A stretch of DNA of 54,819 nucleotides from a virus (taxonomy: Duplodnaviria > Caudoviricetes). The notes below the pieces were generated by a model. That model was given only the letters and a program-made list of their open reading frames with translations. It was not told the DNA's origin and ran no database searches. Positions 47,684 to 54,819 of this stretch are shown piece after piece (position 1 is the stretch's first letter; every line of letters starts with the position of its first letter). The position numbers and the translations under genes are program-made. The stretch spans positions 1 to 54,819 of the IMG/VR virus record IMGVR_UViG_3300031965_000715. The stretch is one strand, 5' to 3'.

Positions 47684-49413
47684 TATGCCTCTCCCCTTGT
47701 TTTAGGTTTTGGCACAACTTCTCCATCTTTATCCATTTTCTCATCCCGGCTAGCATTTGATATCCCACCCAAATCAGTTGTCCCTCTAGCTTTAGTTTGG
47801 GATTCTGCTATTCTTTTAACTCTTTCAGCGTGATCCTTGGCAGCCTTTTCAACCGACCCTTGTGGGTATCCTTTAGCCTTACTTGCTGTTTCAAGATCAA
47901 TAAGTCCTAATTCTATATCTCTTTGTAATTCTTCGGGATTAACAATTACTTCTGATCCATCGATTTCTTTTTTAATTTTAGCAAGTATTTCCATTGACAC
48001 TTTTGAACCAAGCGTAATATCAGCAACCTCCTTAAATACTTCTTTTCTATATGTTACTGAAGAAATTGTTTTTGAGGTTTGTAATAAATCTTTTGCTTCA
48101 TCTCGGCGATCTTTATCTGACTGAAGACTATATTTTTGTGGATACTTCACAGTGGCAACTGTAGTTCCACCCTCATACATATTCCAATATTTTGCTATAA
48201 GTTTTTCCCCATGTTCTAATTCAAGACCTATTGCACTCAGACCTGCTTCAAGACCTCTCTCATCATAATTCTTACTTTCTGCCGAAGCCATTTTTGGACT
48301 TAAATTTGATATTGCTAATTTTAATAATTGTCGAATATCTCTCTTAAGAGCCTCTTGTTTCTGCATGGAAGCTAGTAAAGGATCTGATGATGGGTGTATA
48401 TATTGAGGCAATTCAAGTCCTTTTGGGACACGTCTACCTTTTAATGCACCAATTTCAACTTCGTAATTTTTTGCAGCTATGGAATCATTTCGTTCACCAC
48501 CTTGAATAATTTCTACGCCACTATCACCTGATCCCACATTTTCATGCCCGACTGGTCTTCGATAGAGATTATCAACTCTTGGATCAAATTGCTCAACATA
48601 AAATGGAAAATTGCTATGTATAGCATAAGACATATCTGATGATGCCAAATTTAACATGGCAATTTGATAACTAGAAATATCACGTAAAAGGCTATCGGAT
48701 ATTTCAAAATTGACAAAAGGTATTATTGGTATATTTAAAACCAAGGGTGCTTTTACCTCGATTGAGTTTTCATCAAACACCCTAACTATAACTTTTTTAT
48801 CGACAACTTTTAACAATCTGTACCGTGATTGAAGAGATTTTGGGAGACCAGTATCTTTATCTCTTTCATATTCAAAATCCCGTAATAGTAACATCGTATA
48901 AATAGTTTTGTTTTTAGGGTCAACATCCCAATTCAAGATATTTTCAGTTTGATAGTGGTAAATATATGGCTGTATTCCCTGTTGCTCTCTTAAAGTCAGC
49001 CCTATATTACTTGGCATATCAACCAATACACCTACTCTCTTCATAGGAAGTAGTTCTGGTAAAATCCAAGTACCAATAAAACTATTCATTGTTGTGCCAG
49101 CAGCATCTACTCCACCATCTACACCAGATACTGCACTCTGATATGTTTTTGACCCACCCTCGCGAGTAACATCTGCAATACGTTGAAAAATCGAATCTAT
49201 AACTTCGTTTACGCCAGATTTTGCAAATGTTGGTATATTAGTAATATTTTTTCTATCTTCAAAATCGCTGTCTGTTTCTCTGTCACTATATTTAATAAGG
49301 TACTCTTCGACAAAGTCTTCTCCGCCTTGGTAGACAAGTCGCCACTTTTCCCAATCATCATAATACCCTTGGTATTCTGGATGAGTTAAATTAGCTATAT
49401 CTGTAATAGCCAT
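47683..49413 (-). CDS. Portal protein
   Basis: HPEY..YYDDWEKWRLVYQGG..YL.KYSDRETDSDFEDR, GVLVDMP, NILNW; follows TerL. Confidence 0.9.
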   Translation of the reverse strand: MAITDIANLTHPEYQGYYDDWEKWRLVYQGGEDFVEEYLIKYSDRETDSDFEDRKNITNIPTFAKSGVNEVIDSIFQRIADVTREGGSKTYQSAVSGVDGGVDAAGTTMNSFIGTWILPELLPMKRVGVLVDMPSNIGLTLREQQGIQPYIYHYQTENILNWDVDPKNKTIYTMLLLRDFEYERDKDTGLPKSLQSRYRLLKVVDKKVIVRVFDENSIEVKAPLVLNIPIIPFVNFEISDSLLRDISSYQIAMLNLASSDMSYAIHSNFPFYVEQFDPRVDNLYRRPVGHENVGSGDSGVEIIQGGERNDSIAAKNYEVEIGALKGRRVPKGLELPQYIHPSSDPLLASMQKQEALKRDIRQLLKLAISNLSPKMASAESKNYDERGLEAGLSAIGLELEHGEKLIAKYWNMYEGGTTVATVKYPQKYSLQSDKDRRDEAKDLLQTSKTISSVTYRKEVFKEVADITLGSKVSMEILAKIKKEIDGSEVIVNPEELQRDIELGLIDLETASKAKGYPQGSVEKAAKDHAERVKRIAESQTKARGTTDLGGISNASRDEKMDKDGEVVPKPKTRGEA

Positions 49414-51062
49414 TAGTACGCCTTTATGCTTTGTGAGGCTCCAAGAGACACTGCTAGAGGTAAAGCTATCTCTGAATAAGTACGTGAATGGGCAAAGTGA
49501 TCTTCCTCTTGCCCTCTAACATACTTTGCAATTGGATTCCCATCTTGATCTTTCTCATAAACTCTAACAAGAGCCTTCATATGATTTTTATATTCTCGTG
49601 GAATATCTTTTGGCAATATAATCATTTGTGACTTAAATCTACTTAGTGCCATATCTATCCATGATGTTCTATCAACAGTTACACTTAATTCGTTATTTGT
49701 ATCTTCATCAGAACTTAAATGTATTTGTTTTCCCTGTATACTACGTCCATAGTAGCAAAGCCTAACTTTTCCCCAAAATCTAGATGCAAATTCATAAGCT
49801 TTACGTCGTTCTGGTAGCATATCTACAATACAAAATAAAACATTATATTTAAACATAAACTGATCTAATTCTTCAAAGTGGTTAAGTTTTGCAACTGCTA
49901 AAACTTGGCACTTTGCTTCAGAGTTTATATCAACAACATTATTGCCTATGTGCCACTTATCTATTTCCACATGCAAATAGTTTCCAACATCAACACCCAT
50001 TGTTATAAGACCGGTACTGTTGGCCATTTGTGTTATATGATCTCCTATACAGTTATCAATATCTTTATCTGTAATTCTTGCACCTTCAACAACATGTGGC
50101 TTACCTAACTTTGAGTTAAAGAACTCCTGTTCATCGGCGGGGTTTGTTTTTGCTTTATAGTATTGATATACGATTTTACCTGGATGGACAGTTGATGAAT
50201 AAAGTTGACTTATTCCCCAACCAGCAATACTTCTATTTTCAAATTGGGATATCCATCTTCCTGTTTCTAACCATAAATACTTTTCCTCATGTGGTATTTT
50301 AACATAACAAAGTGGACATTTTATATAAGATTCAGTAATCCTTGGGTCATCATAGCCTTCACCAATTATTTCGATAGCATCCGGCCATGTTAAATTTATA
50401 TAACGTGAACAACTTTTACATCTAAAGAAAAATTCATTTTGTGTAGATTGATTAAAAGTTTCATTAATACCAAATCCATCAATAGTAGGAGTACTAATTT
50501 CCCATGTTTTATTTAAATCATACCCTGACTGTCTTTCTCTAGCCAGTGGTATGTTATCTTGATTCATCTCATCTTTTTCATCAAAAACTAATACACCTAC
50601 TGGAACAGACTTTAATCCCGATCGTGATTTTGCACCACGTAAGTAAAAATTTGTGTTTCCAGCTCTCTTATGACCAACATTTTTAACGTTGGAAAACATA
50701 CGCCGTAAATGCGGTGACAGTTCAAGGGCAGCATCAAATCGTGCCGCTGAAAAATCTGAAGCATCAGGTGTTTTTGATGGCAAGACGTACAGAACATCAA
50801 CTCCATGAACATCAATATAAAAGAAACAGATATTAAGTACAGTCTCAGTAAAGCCCATTTGAGCAGCTTTTTGACCAACATTAATATCTGCCTCTGAATT
50901 ATGCATACCACGGAGCCAGGGATGTTTTTTAAAAGTCCAAGGCCCAGCAAATGGTCTGCCCATTATTCGATAAGCCGTCGCCCAGCGTGCAGGATCAACT
51001 ATACTTTTTCGTTTCAATCCTGAAACAAGACGATCAGATAATAAATTAGCTAAAGTATGCAT
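49413..51062 (-). CDS. terL: Terminase large subunit (lambda GpA-like)
   Basis: KAAQMGFTE, FDEKD, ISTPT, CKSC/CPLC, FFNSKLG, MGVDVG, DHFAH. Confidence 0.93.
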   Translation of the reverse strand: MHTLANLLSDRLVSGLKRKSIVDPARWATAYRIMGRPFAGPWTFKKHPWLRGMHNSEADINVGQKAAQMGFTETVLNICFFYIDVHGVDVLYVLPSKTPDASDFSAARFDAALELSPHLRRMFSNVKNVGHKRAGNTNFYLRGAKSRSGLKSVPVGVLVFDEKDEMNQDNIPLARERQSGYDLNKTWEISTPTIDGFGINETFNQSTQNEFFFRCKSCSRYINLTWPDAIEIIGEGYDDPRITESYIKCPLCYVKIPHEEKYLWLETGRWISQFENRSIAGWGISQLYSSTVHPGKIVYQYYKAKTNPADEQEFFNSKLGKPHVVEGARITDKDIDNCIGDHITQMANSTGLITMGVDVGNYLHVEIDKWHIGNNVVDINSEAKCQVLAVAKLNHFEELDQFMFKYNVLFCIVDMLPERRKAYEFASRFWGKVRLCYYGRSIQGKQIHLSSDEDTNNELSVTVDRTSWIDMALSRFKSQMIILPKDIPREYKNHMKALVRVYEKDQDGNPIAKYVRGQEEDHFAHSRTYSEIALPLAVSLGASQSIKAY

Positions 51063-51616
51063 TAATCTTCTAATGGATTTTCAATTGCAAGAGTAGCCTG
51101 AGCCATTTCTTGGCTTATAGACTCAATAATATCTGGGTCCGATACATAATTATTAATAATTTGAACATATGTTGATGCAAGCTGTAAAACAGAAGATTTA
51201 TTTAATAATAATCCCATCCTGTTTTCTAATTTATCACAACTGGTCACTAGTCTCTCTATCTTCATAACTAAATCAGACATTTTTTGTGAGTAAAGCAAAA
51301 TATCTAAGCTTGTCTCACATTGATTTAGCATTTCTTCTAATACCATACGAAGAATACCTACTTCTTCGCGTAAGCTTTTAATATTATCATTGTCTGCAAA
51401 TTCACTTATTCTATTTTGCCATCTTTGTAACCTGTAGTTTCGTTGAATTTCAGTTTTTCTGGCATTTTCACCACTATTTGCACCATGCATTTCGCAATGA
51501 TTAGTGCTTCTAGCTTTTTTATATGGACACTGACCACTTTTTACAGTAGCTTCGCACCTTTCTCGTGGGTGATCTGTTTTTACATTCCAACGAACAAATT
51601 TATTATCAACTACCAT
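51062..51616 (-). CDS. terS: Putative terminase small subunit
   Basis: RCEA....GQC......CEMHG zinc motif, SLREEVGILR; directly upstream of TerL. Confidence 0.7.
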   Translation of the reverse strand: MVVDNKFVRWNVKTDHPRERCEATVKSGQCPYKKARSTNHCEMHGANSGENARKTEIQRNYRLQRWQNRISEFADNDNIKSLREEVGILRMVLEEMLNQCETSLDILLYSQKMSDLVMKIERLVTSCDKLENRMGLLLNKSSVLQLASTYVQIINNYVSDPDIIESISQEMAQATLAIENPLED

Positions 51617-51632
51617 AAATTAGTCCTAAAAT

Positions 51633-51665
51633 CCCCAGGTAGTGGACTAGTCCAGCTACCCGGGG
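51633..51665 (-). terminator. GC-rich hairpin, probable terminator
   Basis: CCCCAGGTAGTGGACTAGTCCAGCTACCCGGGG, followed by ATTTT on the minus strand. Confidence 0.65.
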
Positions 51666-51680
51666 CACCCAAGGAGATTG

Positions 51681-52028
51681 TTAGCTTGTAAAGATTTTTT
51701 CTAGAAAGAAAAATGCAAGAGTTATAACTCCAGTACCAAGAGCCCCTATAGTTAAAAATAGATACTTTTCTTTACTTTGACTTTTATCTTCGAGTTTTGC
51801 AACTCTTGTTCTGAAACCACTACGATCAGCTTCGCCATCAATATCTGTTTCTAGTCGTATAACTTTTTTTTCTATATTTACAAAGCGTTCCATACATACT
51901 GAGCCTCTATTTTCACATGTAGTTTTTATAATTTTAACATCTGTGTATATAGCGTTCATTAATTTTATAGCTTCCTCAACTCTTTCATCAAGTCGATCAA
52001 CACGTTTTTCAATTGCTTCATCTATCAT
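51681..52028 (-). CDS. Coiled-coil protein with C-terminal TM helix
   Basis: Heptad pattern followed by YLFLTIGALGTGVITLAFFFL. Confidence 0.7.
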   Translation of the reverse strand: MIDEAIEKRVDRLDERVEEAIKLMNAIYTDVKIIKTTCENRGSVCMERFVNIEKKVIRLETDIDGEADRSGFRTRVAKLEDKSQSKEKYLFLTIGALGTGVITLAFFFLEKIFTS

Positions 52029-52030
52029 AC

Positions 52031-52324
52031 CTAATTATTCCTTTGAAGCAAAGGAAATAGTTTTGGCCGAGTCAATAAATTTTTACGACACTGTTCATTT
52101 TCGCAGGAAGAAGTAGCTGCTTTAGGTGTCTCTTTAATTTGATTAGGTACTGGGAGTACCATTTCTATTTGTTTTGGCACCACCGCCTCTACTTCTACCT
52201 GCTCAACCACATAGCGATTTCTTTTTATCGCTATTGAAGAACAAATTAATCCACGCCACCGTCCAGCCTCTGCAATTGATGGGGCGACAAGTATCACAAT
52301 TGTTAAAAGTAGCAACTTTTTCAT
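52031..52324 (-). CDS. Small secreted protein
   Basis: Signal peptide MKKLLLLTIVILVAPSIAEA; C-terminal CENEQC plus basic tail. Confidence 0.7.
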   Translation of the reverse strand: MKKLLLLTIVILVAPSIAEAGRWRGLICSSIAIKRNRYVVEQVEVEAVVPKQIEMVLPVPNQIKETPKAATSSCENEQCRKNLLTRPKLFPLLQRNN

Positions 52325-53334
52325 TAGAGGAAACTCCCTGTTCCATAATTAGGAATAGTTTTTGCGGGAAAACCATCAATATCACTATAAAAATATATTG
52401 ATCTGCCTCCCAGAAAATACTGCTCCCAAACATCACCGTGAACTGTTATCATCCCATCAAAGGGAAAACCTACAAGTTTCTGAATTTCAATATCATTAAG
52501 CCATTTAGACCATTGCTGATTCCAAGTAGCCCAGCTATTAGCTACAAAGTAGACTCTAACAGGCCAGATTTCTCTGGTGTCATCATACCCAACAGTAGCC
52601 ATATCATGGTTCCACGTACCTTGTTTTGCGTGAATACCATTAGAGGTTGGAGTACTATTAAATCCTACATTCTGTCCAGAGTGGCAAGCATATCCATTTT
52701 GAAATAATGCTATGGCTTCATCAGATGTTTCAGGCACCAGATATTTGCCTACAGCGTGTTTTTTACACAAATCAAGAACTTCTTGTGGTGGGCCACTACC
52801 TCCCCACCTAGCTCCTGTATTTGAGTTATACTTAGTTAAGTCAACTACGCCCTCATAGTTTTGTCTAACTAAAAAGCCATACTCAGTGACAAATCGAGCG
52901 GCTCTGGCAGGGTCCATTCCCTGTCCGCCATGACCTCGATAGCCATAAGTAGGCTCTGTAGCACCTCTTTTATAGTATTCTTCAGCTTCACCTTTAATAT
53001 GTATTTCTATACTACGTGTAGTGTCTCTGGCACTTCTATCTCCATGTGAGGTACAGTCACCAGTAGTCTGTGATTCTTGTCCATAAGCCCCTGGATCAAA
53101 TAATTCTCGACTTCTATAGAGGCAAGCTCTTTTATTATTACCTGGATTAGTACGCAGTAGCTCTTCTACTGCATCAGGACCAAGGACAATACCGTCAGTA
53201 AATAATTTCTCGTACTCTATTGGATTTGTAGGTGCTCCAGGAAAACCGTTCTCGTATAATTTTAATAACTCTTGGGGGCTTGCCCCAGAGCCCAGTGACC
53301 AGTTCACTTTTGACCTCCTTTCCAGAAAGCCCAA
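52324..53334 (-). CDS. Papain-like (C1) cysteine peptidase
   Basis: QTTGDCTSH (oxyanion Q and catalytic C), WNHDMATVGYD (His), VANSW (Asn). Confidence 0.85.
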   Translation of the reverse strand: MGFLERRSKVNWSLGSGASPQELLKLYENGFPGAPTNPIEYEKLFTDGIVLGPDAVEELLRTNPGNNKRACLYRSRELFDPGAYGQESQTTGDCTSHGDRSARDTTRSIEIHIKGEAEEYYKRGATEPTYGYRGHGGQGMDPARAARFVTEYGFLVRQNYEGVVDLTKYNSNTGARWGGSGPPQEVLDLCKKHAVGKYLVPETSDEAIALFQNGYACHSGQNVGFNSTPTSNGIHAKQGTWNHDMATVGYDDTREIWPVRVYFVANSWATWNQQWSKWLNDIEIQKLVGFPFDGMITVHGDVWEQYFLGGRSIYFYSDIDGFPAKTIPNYGTGSFL

Positions 53335-54053
53335 GAAATTGCTTCAAAAATTTTACCCGTGGTCACTGGGTCAATAGATTTTACTTCTAACCCAATTTGC
53401 TCGGCTAAAATACCATCGATAATTTCAGGTAACCCAGCGTACTTACCGCGAATACCTGTATCTTCAAAAAATAATTTACCAGCCTCTACATAAGAGTCTC
53501 TTAACTGTGAGTTTGTAAGAGTTCCAGTTTGGGCGACCACTGAAGCAAAATCGCTATAAAACTCAATTAAGTTTTCACGATCTTTTGTACTGATATCAAG
53601 CTTATACTCTGTAAGCGAGGCTACAGCTTGCTTTAAATTAGGGGTAGGCTCTGGTGGACCTGGTACGGGTGGCACGGGCACGGGTGGCACGGGCACGGGC
53701 ACAGAACCGCCATAATTTACTTTATGCTCATACAAATTAAGTGTAGGTGGTCCACCTGTATTATTTGTAGCAACAATTAAGGTAAAGGTTTTAGTGCCAG
53801 CGACCAGTGACCAGTAGATGTTGATAGGGGTTCCATTTCTATCATACATTTCTATCCAAACATCGTCCTTAGACTCAGGGAAGATCCTCCATAGTGTGGT
53901 ACAGGTGTCATTGGAAGGTAAGCCTACAGTCAGTAACTGTATTGGCTGTTTAAGTACAGCTTCACTAGGTCCTACTATTTTTACTTCCTGTGCGAAAAGA
54001 GTTATCGGGAGAAGTAAAAATAGGAAAGTGAGAGTTCTATGGTTACTGGTCAC
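53304..54053 (-). CDS. Secreted protein with Ig-like domain, Pro-rich linker and helical C-domain
   Basis: Signal peptide; PVPVPPVPVPPVPGPPEPTP. Confidence 0.75.
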   Translation of the reverse strand: MTSNHRTLTFLFLLLPITLFAQEVKIVGPSEAVLKQPIQLLTVGLPSNDTCTTLWRIFPESKDDVWIEMYDRNGTPINIYWSLVAGTKTFTLIVATNNTGGPPTLNLYEHKVNYGGSVPVPVPPVPVPPVPGPPEPTPNLKQAVASLTEYKLDISTKDRENLIEFYSDFASVVAQTGTLTNSQLRDSYVEAGKLFFEDTGIRGKYAGLPEIIDGILAEQIGLEVKSIDPVTTGKIFEAISWAFWKGGQK

Positions 54054-54084
54054 TGGATTAGTCTCCTATTAATTTTAATAAAAG

Positions 54085-54360
54085 TTACACGCCAAAAATG
54101 GCAAGAAGTTGCAAGATAATAGGAAGCAATTTTTCTATAAAAGCAATAATAGAACTCAAGTCGATGCCTGGTTCAGATTCCCGTAATTGTGGCAAACTTT
54201 TGCCTATAATTTTTTCTAGAATTTTTTCAGCAATTTCTCGCCTTGTTGTTGGTTCAAAATCTGGATCAGAAGTAACTTCTTTAGCGGCTCTTAAAACGCT
54301 AATAAAGTTAACACCGAAACGTCTTCGATCTGAGGCAGCCATCTTGAAATCTCCTTGCAC
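54085..54360 (-). CDS. Small protein with C-terminal amphipathic/hydrophobic helix
   Basis: IDLSSIIAFIEKLLPIILQLLAIFGV; likely start MAASD (54342) after AAGGAG. Confidence 0.7.
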   Translation of the reverse strand: MQGDFKMAASDRRRFGVNFISVLRAAKEVTSDPDFEPTTRREIAEKILEKIIGKSLPQLRESEPGIDLSSIIAFIEKLLPIILQLLAIFGV

Positions 54361-54487
54361 GGTTTTTGCAACAAAAAAATTCTGAGATTTTTGGAGTGTT
54401 TTTCAACTCCAGATTTCTCTACATTAGATACAGACTACATAAATTGGAAATAAGTAATAGAATTTTTTTGTTATAAAAACCGTGCAA
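54355..54487. repeat. 29-bp inverted repeat (27/29) in the late-operon leader
   Basis: TTGCACGGTTTTTGCAACAAAAAAATTCT (54355-54383) and AGAATTTTTTTGTTATAAAAACCGTGCAA (54459-54487). Confidence 0.9.
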
Positions 54488-54564
54488 AAATAATTCAAAA
54501 TTTTCTTAGTCAATAGAGGGGGAGTGGACATGCGTTCAAGTAGTGACTTTACCCCATGATTATA

Positions 54565-54780
54565 ACCCCCTACCTGTACCAGTGACCAGTGTACAGATAC
54601 ACATACATGTACAGATACCCCCTACCTGTACCAGTGACCAGTGTACCAGTGTACATGTGTACATGTGTACATGTGCTCATATATAGAGCAAAGCTATCAG
54701 GTATCACTACACTGGGTAGGTACAAGTAGTGTAAACTACCTCTGGTAACTTTACACTGGCCACTGGGCACTTGTCACTTG
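54565..54780. repeat. Repeat cluster: two 30-bp direct repeats, GTACATGT x3 and reverse-oriented heptads
   Basis: ACCCCCTACCTGTACCAGTGACCAGTGTAC at 54565-54594 and 54617-54646; ACTGGCCACTGGGCACTTGTCACTTG from 54755. Confidence 0.9.
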
Positions 54781-54819
54781 ATAATAAATTCATACTAAAA
54801 ATGTAAAAACCCTATAAAA

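Overview
This window is most of a tailed dsDNA phage genome, AT-rich (roughly 35% GC by eye). The morphology is siphovirus-like: there is a tail tube and a 1117-aa tape measure but no recognisable sheath. Bases 1-19.8 kb (minus strand) carry early and replication genes: a pentapeptide-repeat protein, DUF932, a Cas4-like nuclease, an ATP-dependent ligase, a sigma factor, NYN, class II RNR, NDT-like, DHH, VRR-NUC, a family A polymerase, an SNF2-like helicase and two ParB-like proteins. A 150-bp inverted-repeat element separates these from a short plus-strand operon (primase-helicase, ThyX, dATP/dGTP diphosphohydrolase, DEDDh exonuclease, second sigma factor). Bases 25-54.4 kb (minus strand) form the late module: envelope/peptidase cluster, TerS, TerL, portal, an 8-kb fibre-like accessory block containing a sulfotransferase and a high-GC island, then head, neck and tail genes with a clear -1 frameshift chaperone. 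The strongest unexplained signal is a non-palindromic heptad-dimer motif, CCAGTG(A/C)CCAGT. It occurs at about 20 loci, mostly inside genes in different reading frames, and usually as a forward copy followed by a reverse copy; three pairs are spaced 237-242 bp. A Planctomycetota-like host is a tentative inference from the envelope-protein style. All functional calls come from motif recognition by eye; no database searches were run.
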